A DNA stretch of 63,986 nt, counting the filler, from Octopus bimaculoides (Eukaryota): assembly GCF_001194135.2 (NCBI RefSeq). It is 5 parts of 4 records of this genome, joined end to end, with 100 filler letters (N's around TTAATTAATTAA, not from the genome) between each part and the next. Parts side by side here need not be neighbours in the genome. Positions count along the whole stretch, not along the records: positions 16,753 to 38,899 come from NC_068991.1; 4 more parts are not named here. One strand, written 5' to 3'. Below are positions 25,025 through 38,236 of this stretch, in pieces (the first letter of the stretch is position 1; each line of letters starts with the position of its first letter). Made by a program: the position numbers and the translations under genes. The notes under the pieces are model-generated. The model saw nothing but the letters and a program-made list of their open reading frames with translations. It ran no database searches and was not told the origin of the DNA.

Positions 25025-26393
25025 TAAAACAATTAGTTCTGGTGTCGATCTGTTCGACTGAAACCCTCCAAGTGTGTGCCCTAGCATGGCCGCAGCCGTA
25101 TGAGCGAAACAAATAAAAGAGAAAAGGTAAACGTTCTCATTGCTTCAGGCACTTGTGATTGTGTTTGTTTGTCTGAAAAGAGATTTTATCGCAACTTTTT
25201 TTATCAACTGCAAACACATTTTAATGAAGATAGCGAAAATCCGGAAGCAGTTTGTTTGTTTTTAGCGGAAGTTTGTTTCCCTCTACCGGATTTTACTTTT
25301 TCTATAACGTAATACGTTTATCATTGACTTCATTCTTTCAAAGTACAGTGTCTGCTTTTAAAAGCCGTCTGGATTTATTAGAAACTCTCTTAAACAATGT
25401 TCTTTCTTTTTTTTTTTTTGATGTACTGAAGTCTGTGAATTTACAGAGATAAATTCTTTGTTGTTGCCGGAAGTTGCACCTGTTGTTGTTACAACTTGTA
25501 TCCACCTTCTCGGATATTCTTCCTGTATTAAAAGGCTAAGTTTATCGACGTTGTATTCAGTTATGCACTGGCGAATATGTATTTTAACGGATGTGTATAT
25601 CTAGATTAAAATCTCTCCACTGGAGACTGTGTGTTATTAGAATGTATAGAGATAGCTCGGTTTTGCACTTATAGAACGATGCTTCATTTGCTACTAACTG
25701 CCAATTACAATCCACCAGGGAAGCCTATACGTACATGGTCACTAGATGTGTGATAAACTGCAGCCAAATTACCCTCTAATCAAACCGTTCTGTCTTAAAA
25801 AAGAAAAGTTCCATTCGATAATATAGTCTTGAAAGACCCTTACTCAAGCTACCACATAGTGGGACTGAACCCGGAACCATGTGGTTGAGAACTGATAAAA
25901 GATATTCCTTCATTTAATATATTATCAAATCTATCGGCAAAGATTCCCCAGTTTTTGGAAAATCGTAACAGGGTTCGCGAAAAAAATAATTTTGAGAATC
26001 ACTGAATATAAACACCAATATTCGCTGTGCTTTCCAAGAACCGAATTCTATTATGTTTTCCACAGAAAATTCTGGTTGTAACGAAATAGTTTTATATGCC
26101 TTTACACCAAATTCTCGTTATTTATCGCGTGTTGGCATTCCAGAGATTCTCTCCATCTCGCATTTGCCGAAATTTGATTAGCGTATATCTTTTCTAGATA
26201 TATTATGCTTAGCTTAAAATTGGTACCATTCCGAAAGAACGAAAAATTTAGTGTATCAGAGTGGTTTTCGAGCAGGAACAACATCGGTGGACTCAGGTTG
26301 CAGATTAATCCATTCTCTTTTCTTATTTGCAGTGTATATTTATATGCACATACATACATACATACATACATACATGTGTGTGTGTGTATGAAT

Positions 26394-26450
<57 letters not shown>

Positions 26451-27109
26451 NNNNNNNNNNNNNNNNNNNNNNNNNNNNNNNNNNNNNNNNNNNNNNNNNN
26501 NNNNNNNNNNNNNNNNNNNNNNNNNNNNNNNNNNNNNNNNNNNNNNNNNNNNNNNNNNNNNNNNNNNNNNNNNNNNNNNNNNNNNNNNNNNNNNNNNNNN
26601 NNNNNNNNNNNNNNNNNNNNNNNNNNNNNNNNNNNNNNNNNNNNNNNNNNNNNNNNNNNNNNNNNNNNNNNNNNNNNNNNNNNNNNNNNNNNNNNNNNNN
26701 NNNNNNNNNNNNNNNNNNNNNNNNNNNNNNNNNNNNNNNNNNNNNNNNNNNNNNNNNNNNNNNNNNNNNNNNNNNNNNNNNNNNNNNNNNNNNNNNNNNN
26801 NNNNNNNNNNNNNATATATATATATATATACACACACACAATGTATATAGATTAATATACATACACACACATATATTTTTCCTCTTTTTTCTTTTGTTGT
26901 ATATAGCCGTAAGGCCTCGCGTTGTTATATATGCACAATTCTTCGTCTGTTGTATTCATATAATGTCTTTCTTGTTTCTGTCTCAGTATACATTCACTAG
27001 CATTTCCCCAGTTTCTTTATAACAGCGCTGGCACCTCCAAGATTGAGTGGTCTCAATGATAATGGTCCGAAACCACGATGATATTTTGGTCATTGACTGA
27101 CGAGGGAAC

Positions 27110-27275
27110 CTCAGCTGCGATCAGATTGACCTCAGTATGCAACTGGTACTTAATTTATCGACCCCGAAAGGATGAAAGGCAAAGTCGACCTCGGCGGAAT
27201 TTGAACGTAAAGACAGACGAAATACTATTAAGTATTTCGCCCGGCGTGCGAACGATTCTGCCAGCTCGCCACCTT
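27110..27275 (-). mobile_element. SINE family A
   Basis: Close match to the other copies, including the head ...ctgccagctcgcc. Confidence 0.8.
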
Positions 27276-29749
27276 AAATGACTAATATTGACCCGTGATG
27301 GAAGCACATGGCGCACCAATGAAATGTGGAATCGCAAACAAACCGGTTTCATTTGATACATGTTCCACAGTAACTTTCTTTGCCCTGTTGCCCCATAATT
27401 CCAATAAGCATTGACTCCTTAATTACTACTATAATTGCACGGTCCTCCACTTTAAAGTGACGAATTTGGTTGAACCTAATATTTCCCGTATCTTCGTTAT
27501 TCTGGCATGTATCCATTTCTTCCTTGTTCATAATCTCAAGGACGCTTCTGCGTTCTGTAGAACAGCTGTCATTGCTTTCATTTTCAATGTGGACCTTTCC
27601 ACCTCAAGAAATTATTTTGCTTTCGTTCCTGTCAACGCAATTGGTTCGGCCACACAAGCAATCGAAACCTGCAGCAGCAACTGTTTGTGGGGTCTTATTA
27701 CTTCTTTTGCCAGCGATATGAAAAGGCAGCTGGAGTTTTTCAGTAGCACCGTTGAGTCCGACTCTTGTATAGTTATAGTGCGAGGGTAAATTAGTTTCGT
27801 ACAAACTTGCACATTTTTTCTATTCTCTCCACTGCTGTGGTAAATGCTTAACAGCATCTCGTCCGACGTTACGTTCTGAATTCAAATTCCACTGAGGTCG
27901 ACTTTGACTTTTATCCTTTCGGGGTCGATAAAATAAGTACCATTTGGGCAGTAGGGGGCGATGTGTACGACTTACCCTCTCCACGCAAATGCTGGCCTTG
28001 CACAGAAAATTGAAACCAATATGAATCGGCGATTGTTGTCAGTGCGGTGGTTTCCTGAACACACAGTGTGTGCGTGTGTACATGTGTGTGTGGGTGCGTG
28101 CGTGCATGCGTGCGTGTATGTGTGTGCGTTTGATACATATGCTTCATTTAAGAGCCTAAGCTTTGTGTTGTTATTTCGTACGTCTTAAGTGACTGTAAGA
28201 GCCTCGGCAAAAGGCCATGCTGATAACACCAAATCTTAAAAATTGACTGCCAAGCCAGTTGTCAACAAAAGTTAGTTGCGCCCAGAGGGAAAGAATTCCG
28301 ATATTGCATTGGAATAATTAACGGTTTTTCAGTATAATGCATAATCTTTTAGTTTTATTTCTCTATGGTCTGCATCACTAAAGGATTTCCCGTAACAACA
28401 CTTTTTATAATTAAAATCTCAACCAAAATATTCTTGACTCCAAAACTGAGATACTGCAACATGACGTTCCTCACTTTAAACGGTGAATATATTTCTAAAA
28501 GCTTTCTTGCTCTATTAACCATCACCACAAATAACTATTTAATAGAAACAATCTGAAGCAGAGCTACAGCTGTACTGTCAACACGAAAACTAACTAAATT
28601 AACTGAGGTTCGTTGCACACGCAGTACAAACAAAGGTATGTCCTCTTAGTCAATTATGCAATGCCAAAGAGATCGTATATGAAAGAGAAGTTATGTCCGC
28701 TAAACTAAAACTTAATACAGAGCTTAAATACTACATAAGTATGGCGGAAAGGAAATTTAAACAAAATTACTTCCTTCATAGGACGCACACACGTATGTAT
28801 GTTTGTCTGTATGCATGTGTGTATCTGTATGTGCGTGCGTGTACATGTTTGAATGTGCGTGTATGAAAGAAGCTATTGAAACTCCATACGATATATTATT
28901 AATTATGAAAGAGAAGTTATGTCTATCAAACCAAACTTAATATAGACCTTAAATAATAGATAGGCATGGCGGAAAGTAAATTTAAACAACGTCATATAAC
29001 GTTTCCTTTGGACATTAAATATATATAATATGTATGTGAATATATATATATACATATACATGCACACATATATATACTCTTACATCTGAAAGAAGCCATT
29101 GAAAGTCAATATAATATTGTACCATTGTGGTCTCAAGCGCTGTATGGAATAAACAGGAACAGCAATAAAGAAAATCGAGCATAAATACATTAAAAATTAA
29201 CAAAAAAAAATCGAAAGAAAACAACAAGAGATTTTTTTTCGCTCAAAAAATACAAATTTTTATTGATTATGTTTCAAGATTTGAAAGACAAGTTGGCAGG
29301 AATGTAATATTTTAAAGGGGAGGGGCAAGTGTGGGGGAGGGTGTAGTGAATAGCCTCTCACATGACCATCTATCAAAAAAAAAAAAAAGATTGCAATAAA
29401 TCGTCATTTTAAAAAATTGTAATGAGGATAATGATACTAATACTAATAGTTAGGTTTTGTTTCATAGGCACAAGGCTTACACATTTTTGAATAAGGTGTG
29501 TGGGGGGGGGGGCGTAATCGATGAGATTGCTCCCCCACCCCATGGTAGTTCTAGACTGGTACTTTATACCTTATTGACCCCCGAAAGGACGAAAGGCAAA
29601 AGTCCACCTCGTCGGTATTTGAACTCAGAATCTCAAGAGATACAACTAACCACTGTAAAGCAGTTTTATCCATCGCTCTAACAATTCGGTATCCATCAAG
29701 CCTAATAATAATAATAATGATAATAATAATAAAAATGATGACTTCAAGT

Positions 29750-29952
29750 TTTGTCCATAAGAGCAGTTTGGGGGAGGGGATTAAGTCGATTACATCGACC
29801 CCCAGTGTTTTGCTGGTACTTAATTTATCGACCCCGAAAGAATGAAAGGCAAAGTCGACCTCGGCGGAATTTGAACTCAGAACGTAGAAACGGGCGAAAT
29901 ACCGCCAAGCATTTCGCCCGGCGCGCTAACTTATCGGCCAGCTCGTCGCCTT
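29750..29952 (-). mobile_element. SINE family A (second degenerate copy at ~29460-29690)
   Basis: Near-consensus copy. Confidence 0.8.
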
Positions 29953-30623
29953 AGTAATAATAATAATAATAATATCGGCACAATGCCTGAAATATTGGTA
30001 TGAGTTAATCGAATAGATAGGCTTGAGGACTTGTTTGCTAATTTGTATTAACGACGTCCAGAAGAAAAGACAAAATTGATGTCGGCGTGGTTTGAACTCA
30101 GAACGTAAAAAGTTGGAATAAACAAGAAATTTAATCCGCTTCTCCAAGATTTCCGAGCATCGCCATTATGCCATCGTCTTTCGTAGTCGACTGGTGCTTT
30201 ATTATTATTATTTTTTTTTTCATTGACCGTTTGGAAGGATAGAAGGCAAAGTAAACTTCGCCGGGATTTGAATTCAGAATGTAAAAACTTAAAGGGACGT
30301 TATTAAATACCGTAAGGTAGATTTGTTGAGAAGGCCCTATATTGTATTTTTATGGGGAAGAGGGGAAAATGAGATGTTAGGTTGTTCGTGCCTGTTCCGA
30401 AGGCATTAGCTGCGGTAGTGAAGCGATTTATCATCTTCAGTTGGAAATCGAACCAAGATCACAGGATTCATTCAAGTTATCGTTTACCTAACTGAAAGAA
30501 TCTACACTCTAAGGCCGCAGATTTATAGCGATGATGGTGGGAAACGAGACTGCGCGACGTTTATACTTCTTTCTCAAGTAAGAACATCACTGATGTAAAC
30601 GAGCAAAGGGGAAACTGACAACG

Positions 30624-30653
30624 ACCGGAAGTCAAAACCGGTTTGCCGGAAGT
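30624..30653. promoter_or_regulatory. Paired ETS-type motifs (ACCGGAAGT, GCCGGAAGT), possible housekeeping promoter
   Basis: Two CCGGAAGT cores 21 bp apart in a non-repetitive, CpG-containing patch; possible splice donors nearby on both strands. Confidence 0.3.
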
Positions 30654-31385
30654 TTGAACTTAGCATCCATTATATATATATATATAAAAATTCTATTTTA
30701 TGGTGTTCTTTAGAAGTTGATAAAATTTAATATCGAAATAGAGATTATCTTGTTTTATAATCCCGTTCTGTTTCTCTATAAACACGTGTGTAGATTATGA
30801 ATGAAAAGTGGATTAAAAATACTATCAACAACAACAACAACAACAATAAAAACATGGGCGTCATTAACAATAACAAATAGGAGTAACAAGAAGATAGAGT
30901 TTAAAATAATTTTTAACATCGGCATAATGCCAAAATATTTTGAGAAAGAGTTTTCATAGAGGCGATTTAGTGTACCCTAATATTTGACTGAAAATTACTT
31001 TACTGACCCCGCTGGTAAAAAAAAAAAAAATACATAAATAAAAATAAATAGATAAAAAAAAAGGCGAAAGTACAATTTGAACTAGTGTCTAAAGGGATGT
31101 AACTAAATATTGCAAGACACGCCCGTATTTTCTAGAGTGCGTTGCGTTTCAATCGTTTTCCACTTCTTTTTCAGCTTTGGCATGAGGCTATATATTTATA
31201 GGAGTGAGATGTAGTTTAAATCAATCCCAAGTATATTACAGATATTGAATATTATTTTATCGTAGCCGAGGGTTTCAAATGCAAAGTCAACTCCGTTGGA
31301 TTTGAACACGGAACGTAGAGAGACATAAATACCACATAGCACTTAGTCCTCTACACTCTGGCGTGTCTGTTACATCTTGGTAATA

Positions 31386-31419
<34 letters not shown>

Positions 31420-31817
31420 ATACAAGAGCAAATGGATTTTATACATAAACCTGATGAGTTGGCATTTGTATGGAATTACTATAATAAAACCGAGGCAATA
31501 TATTATTACATATATTATATAATAATATAGCAATGCACTTCTAGTAAATTACCCATGAAACACTTGCAAAATTATATAATAAAAGGAATTGCTCACTCCA
31601 TTCTCCTTGTCAATAGTTATGTAAACTCTACGGATATTTACGGATTTTCAGATATATCATCAGTGAAGCTATTAATTTCCATTTTATACGTGTATCTGAT
31701 AGCCGGTACCTGTGGACGAGCTAAATAAAGCAAACTCCAAGGTTAAAATTCAAATGCAGTTCATAGACACACACACACACACACATACATGTATATATGT
31801 ATATTATATATACATAC

Positions 31818-31876
<59 letters not shown>

Positions 31877-32388
31877 NNNNNNNNNNNNNNNNNNNNNNNN
31901 NNNNNNNNNNNNNNNNNNNNNNNNNNNNNNNNNNNNNNNNNNNNNNNNNNNNNNNNNNNNNNNNNNNNNNNNNNNNNNNNNNNNNNNNNNNNNNNNNNNN
32001 NNNNNNNNNNNNNNNNNNNNNNNNNNNNNNNNNNNNNNNNNNNNNNNNNNNNNNNNNNNNNNNNNNNNNNNNNNNNNNNNNNNNNNNNNNNNNNNNNNNN
32101 NNNNNNNNNNNNNNNNNNNNNNNNNNNNNNNNNNNNNNNNNNNNNNNNNNNNNNNNNNNNNNNNNNNNNNNNNNNNNNNNNNNNNNNNNNNNNNNNNNNN
32201 NNNNNNNNNNNNNNNNNNNNNNNNNNNNNNNNNNNNNNNNNNNNNNNNNNNNNNNNNNNNNNNNNNNNNNNNNNNNNNNNNNNNNNNNNNNNNNNNNNNN
32301 NNNNNNNNNNNNNNNNNNNNNNNNNNNNNNNNNNNNNNNNNNNNNNNNNNNNNNNNNNNNNNNNNNNNNNNNNNNNNNNNNNNNNNNN

Positions 32389-32460
<72 letters not shown>

Positions 32461-33052
32461 TGTATGTATAATAAAAGAAAATCATAAGAATAGTATTTTG
32501 TTTTGAAAGATCAATAATGTAAATTGATCCTCTATTTATGAAAAGACAAAAAAAAAGAAGAAAAAGACAGAAAGAAAGAAAAAAATAAACGAGAAAGCAT
32601 CTGTACAAAATAACTATATAAACCAAATATTGATTTATCACTGGTGTACAAAATTGCTGCAAGGTGGCAGTTTATATGAATGCGATTGGGCTACATTCAT
32701 GCCTTTCTCGAAGTGAAGTGAAACGTGGTTAACTTTGTGTCTACGGAGATAGCTTGATAAAGAAACGTGCAACTATTTTATTAAGAGGCGTTGCAACAAC
32801 GGTGCACATTAGATGAGCTGTGATATATGCATTGTTGGTGCTCGGGGTGTTTTAACACTTAACAGCAGTGTCTACGACTGGAAATATATGTGTATTTCAA
32901 TGCATATACATATACACATATCAATACACACACACACATGTATATATGTATATATATATATATTTATATATGCATGTGTGTATGTTTATATATATGTGTG
33001 TGTATGTGTAATTTTTATAAATCACATCAAAATTTCATCCATATATATTACG

Positions 33053-33086
<34 letters not shown>

Positions 33087-34106
33087 TATATATTTCGTTC
33101 GTTTTACGTCTTTTTTTTTCCATGCTCGCATGGGTTAAGCGAGTACTTATTATTGAGACAACACTTGTTTTCCAAGGATATATATATATATATATATNNN
33201 NNNNNNNNNNNNNNNNNNNNNNNNNNNNNNNNNNNNNNNNNNNNNNNNNNNNNNNNNNNNNNNNNNNNNNNNNNNNNNNNNNNNNNNNNNNNNNNNNNNN
33301 NNNNNNNNNNNNNNNNNNNNNNNNNNNNNNNNNNNNNNNNNNNNNNNNNNNNNNNNNNNNNNNNNNNNNNNNNNNNNNNNNNNNNNNNNNNNNNNNNNNN
33401 NNNNNNNNNNNNNNNNNNNNNNNNNNNNNNNNNNNNNNNNNNNNNNNNNNNNNNNNNNNNNNNNNNNNNNNNNNNNNNNNNNNNNNNNNNNNNNNNNNNN
33501 NNNNNNNNNNNNNNNNNNNNNNNNNNNNNNNNNNNNNNNNNNNNNNNNNNNNNNNNNNNNNNNNNNNNNNNNNNNNNNNNNNNNNNNNNNNNNNNNNNNN
33601 NNNNNNNNNNNNNNNNNNNNNNNNNNNNNNNNNNNNNNNNNNNNNNNNNNNNNNNNNNNNNNNNNNNNNNNNNNNNNNNNNNNNNNNNNNNNNNNNNNNN
33701 NNNNNNNNNNNNNNNNNNNNNNNNNNNNNNNNNNNNNNNNNNNNNNNNNNNNNNNNNNNNNNNNNNNNNNNNNNNNNNNNNNNNNNNNNNNNNNNNNNNN
33801 NNNNNNNNNNNNNNNNNNNNNNNNNNNNNNNNNNNNNNNNNNNNNNNNNNNNNNNNNNNNNNNNNNNNNNNNNNNNNNNNNNNNNNNNNNNNNNNNNNNN
33901 NNNNNNNNNNNNNNNNNNNNNNNNNNNNNNNNNNNNNNNNNNNNNNNNNNNNNNNNNNNNNNNNNNNNNNNNNNNNNCGTTTGTTGTAACTCCAGCCTCC
34001 CCAACAAAGGAAGAAAAGAAAAAAAGTAATAAGAAAAATCATATCAAGTCTTTCTTTCTTTCTTTCTTCCTTTCTTTCTGTCTTTCTTCTTTCATTCTCT
34101 CCCTCT

Positions 34107-34148
<42 letters not shown>

Positions 34149-34203
34149 TTCTTTCTCTCTCTCTCCCGCACTCTCTTCTTTACTCACAAGTGTCTTTGAC
34201 ATT

Positions 34204-34674
34204 CTAAAACACACAGAAGAACTTTTTCCAACCCTTTTTCCTTTTATGGGGTGGTACGTCTGGATTGATCTTTTTCAATTTCGATTTGCCCGAAGGCACA
34301 CTGGGTAGAGTAGGTTTACCAAGGTTCAAAGCTGAAATGATGGCACTGTCAAAGACCTCTTTCAGATTCTTTTGCGTCAGTGCCGAGCACTCAATATACG
34401 AATAGGCCCCAATTTGGCAGGCGAGGCGCTGGGCATCGGCTTCCGCAATTGGGGCCTCTTTGTAGCGAGCCAGTTCAATGAGGATTTTCACATCGTTCCT
34501 GAGATCGCACTGAGTACCAATTAAGATGATGGGGGTTTTCGGTGAATGTTGCCGCACCTCTGGTAACCATTTGTCAAGAATGTTGTGGAAAGACGAAGGA
34601 CAGACCACACTGAAACAAAGCAGGAAGACATCTGTGTTCGGGTAACATAGAGGACGTAGCGAATCAAAATCGTC
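34204..34674 (-). CDS. RHOU: RhoU/RhoV (Wrch-1/Chp)-like GTPase, terminal coding exon
   Basis: ttttag|GAC: DDFDSLRPLCYPNTDVFLLCFSVVCPSSFHNILDKWLPEV...GTQCDLRNDVKILIEL...YIECSALTQKNLKEVFDSAI...KKGWKKFFCVF*; phase 0, 471 nt with stop. ECSALTQKNLKEVFD and DLR.DVK.LIEL are RhoU/V-type. Confidence 0.93.
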   Translation of the reverse strand, partial: DDFDSLRPLCYPNTDVFLLCFSVVCPSSFHNILDKWLPEVRQHSPKTPIILIGTQCDLRNDVKILIELARYKEAPIAEADAQRLACQIGAYSYIECSALTQKNLKEVFDSAIISALNLGKPTLPSVPSGKSKLKKINPDVPPHKRKKGWKKFFCVF

Positions 34675-34985
34675 CTAAAAGAGAGAGAGAGAGAGAGAAA
34701 GAAAAGAAGAAAATCAATTAGTAAATGATAAATAATTAATTAAACAATAAATGATATACATAGTAAAAAAGAGTCACCAGCAACACCACCCCTGCCACCA
34801 TCAGTGCCATCACTACCACCACCACCACTAGCAACATCAACAACAACACTACCGCTGCCACCATCAGTGCCATCACTGCCACCACCACACCACAACCACC
34901 GCCACCGCCACCACAACAAAATCATAAAATCTCATAAAGTAAAGCATTCAACCATTCCTCGATACCAGACCTTATAATCATTACT

Positions 34986-35023
<38 letters not shown>

Positions 35024-35051
35024 TAGATAGAGAGATTGAGATAGATAGAGG

Positions 35052-35125
<74 letters not shown>

Positions 35126-35500
35126 ACGGAGTTATGACTTCATCTCGCTCTTTAGCGTCTAACTTCAAAAACGGCTGATGTCAATGTTATGATCTCTCAT
35201 TAGTTCGATAAATCAATACATACGCGCGTGCGCGTGCACAAACACACGCAGACAGACAGACAGATAGACACACACACTCAGGGTTCAAAATTATACAAAA
35301 ACAAAAGACGGAGACAGGTGAGAGAACAACAAAGAAGGTGTATTAGTTTGACGCTCAGCAAAAATGAAAGAAGTCTTTGATGTTTCGAGCCTACGCATTT
35401 CCACAGAAAAGAATGACGAAAAAAAAAACAGATGGAGAGAAGTAAAAAAAAAACGAGAGAAATATACAAAGAGAGGAAAGAGAGAGTGAGAAAGAGAGAG

Positions 35501-35569
<69 letters not shown>

Positions 35570-35982
35570 AAAGCACAAATGGCGTTTGTTTATTTCCCTA
35601 AATAGCGTTAACATCCTACCAGCCAGATTCTAAAATACGAACTGTAAAAATATACACGCAATAAACACCTTCAATGAACAGAGATTAATCGATATATTTT
35701 AGTTCGTTAAACTATGTAACAGCGGTATATTTTCTTATTTATAAATCGCAGCTTAAAATTAGCCATATGTAGCATTTCTTATTAAACAACTTGGCCACCC
35801 CGGCGCTTTACGGCTGTCAAGATCTGGAGAGGGGCAAGGAGACAAACACAAACACACGTGTACACACACATATATATGTAACCAAAACTGACGAGCTTAG
35901 GCTTTTGTAAGAAGTCTGCGAAAGTTTGTATGGGCCCCAAATCAAACTATTCTAAATAACACACGCGCACACACACACACAC

Positions 35983-36014
<32 letters not shown>

Positions 36015-36068
36015 TGATCACACTTATATACATTATTATTAGTTTTGTAACACTTTTAGTGCCTCATA

Positions 36069-36444
36069 TCGCAATGGCCCAATGGGTAGGACAGCGGACT
36101 CGCGGTCGTAGGATCGCGGTTTCGATTCCCAGAGCAGGCGTGAGTGTTTATTGAACGAAAACACCTAAAGCTCCACGAGGCTCTTGCAGAGGAAAGGGTG
36201 GCGAACCCTGCTATACTCTTACACCACAGCTTTCGCTCACTCTTTCTCCCTGTTTCTGTTGTACCTGTATTTCAAAGGGGCCAGCCTTGTCACACTCTGT
36301 GTCACGCTGAATCTCCCCGAGAACTATGTTAAGGGTACATGTATCTGTGGAGTGCTCAGCTACTTGTACGTTAATTTCACGAGCAGGCTGTTCCGTTGAT
36401 CGGATCAAGTGGAACTCTCGTCGTCGCAACCGACGGAGTATCAT
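36069..36444 (+). mobile_element. Full-length tRNA-headed SINE, family D
   Basis: tRNA-like head (tggcccaatgggtaggacagcgg...ggtttcgattccc); 3' tail ctgtggagtgctcagc...gacggagtatca is shared with 59270-59370. Confidence 0.75.
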
Positions 36445-38099
36445 GAGTGCCTCATATAGTGTACTACGAATCAAAATTAGTTGAAAATCGCTGGAAAGAC
36501 AGAGAGAGAGAGAGAGAGAAGAGAGAGAAAGANNNNNNNNNNNNNNNNNNNNNNNNNNNNNNNNNNNNNNNNNNNNNNNNNNNNNNNNNNNNNNNNNNNN
36601 NNNNNNNNNNNNNNNNNNNNNNNNNNNNNNNNNNNNNNNNNNNNNNNNNNNNNNNNNNNNNNNNNNNNNNNNNNNNNNNNNNNNNNNNNNNNNNNNNNNN
36701 NNNNNNNNNNNNNNNNNNNNNNNNNNNNNNNNNNNNNNNNNNNNNNNNNNNNNNNNNNNNNNNNNNNNNNNNNNNNNNNNNNNNNNNNNNNNNNNNNNNN
36801 NNNNNNNNNNNNNNNNNNNNNNNNNNNNNNNNNNNNNNNNNNNNNNNNNNNNNNNNNNNNNNNNNNNNNNNNNNNNNNNNNNNNNNNNNNNNNNNNNNNN
36901 NNNNNNNNNNNNNNNNNNNNNNNNNNNNNNNNNNNNNNNNNNNNNNNNNNNNNNNNNNNNNNNNNNNNNNNNNNNNNNNNNNNNNNNNNNNNNNNNNNNN
37001 NNNNNNNNNNNNNNNNNNNNNNNNNNNNNNNNNNNNNNNNNNNNNNNNNNNNNNNNNNNNNNNNNNNNNNNNNNNNNNNNNNNNNNNNNNNNNNNNNNNN
37101 NNNNNNNNNNNNNNNNNNNNNNNNNNNNNNNNNNNNNNNNNNNNNNNNNNNNNNNNNNNNNNNNNNNNNNNNNNNNNNNNNNNNNNNNNNNNNNNNNNNN
37201 NNNNNNNNNNNNNNNNNNNNNNNNNNNNNNNNNNNNNNNNNNNNNNNNNNNNNNNNNNNNNNNNNNNNNNNNNNNNNNNNNNNNNNNNNNNNNNNNNNNN
37301 NNNNNNNNNNNNNNNNNNNNNNNNNNNNNNNNNNNNNNNNNNNNNNNNNNNNNNNNNNNNNNNNNNNNNNNNNNNNNNNNNNNNNNNNNNNNNNNNNNNN
37401 NNNNNNNNNNNNNNNNNNNNGGGTGAGGATGACAAAAAAATTAGACAGACCACGTTGAAATGAAATGCAACGTTGTGACAAGGTAGGCCATTAAATTAAA
37501 ACAACAAACACCCGTCACCCGCTCACCGCATGTCAAATGTCCGCTTCATGTTAGGTCTCCGCATTATTTCGCTGGTTTTCGAGCCAGCCACCCTGGTACG
37601 CACGCGCCTTGCTTTTTTTTTTTTAATCTTCTTAAGTGAAACAAAGAATGTTACAACGAAACATTCTGTGTCACTGCTTCTCGCAACTCTAAGAAATGTT
37701 TATATTTTCATCTTTTATCTGTTACTGGTTTCAGTCATTAGACTGCGGCCATGCTGGGGCACCGCCTTGAAGAATTTTCGGTCGAACGAATCGAGCCCTG
37801 TACCACTTACAAAAGCAACACCAGATTTGAAGAGGAGAAAGTCAATTTTCTTTAAACTGAGTTAAATGCACTACTGTAGAAAAATAAAGTTCTTGATGTA
37901 CCGCAATGTCTCCGTTAAAGAACCACAAAGATCTGTCATAAGTCTTACAGGACCAGGCTTCAATGATGAAAGAGAGAGAGAAAGAGAGAGAGAGTAAAAT
38001 CCTCAGGTACCGGAAAGCTAGTCTGCCCCACGGGTACTTCATTTATTGACCCCGAAAGGATGAAAGGCAAAGTCGACCTCGGCAGAATTTGAACTCAGA

Positions 38100-38236
38100 A
38101 CGATCCCAGTACGCAACTGGTACTTAATTTATCGATCCTGAAAGGATAAAAGACAAAGTTGACCTCGGTGGAATTTGAACCCAGAACGTAAAGACAGACG
38201 AAACACCGCTAAGCATTTCGCCCGGCGTGTTAACGT
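38100..38236 (-). mobile_element. SINE family A (with a partial tandem copy at 38030-38100)
   Basis: Match to the other family A copies. Confidence 0.8.

Noticed and set aside
34775-34920. Gly-rich ORF 34740-34925 (GGGGSDGTDGG)
   Set aside because: A degenerate (CCA)n tract with an internal duplication in the RhoU intron; no splice support.
36069-36140. tRNA gene call for SINE heads (also 58510-58580, 59480-59540, 62948-63020)
   Set aside because: The cloverleaf does not close and each head runs directly into a SINE body.
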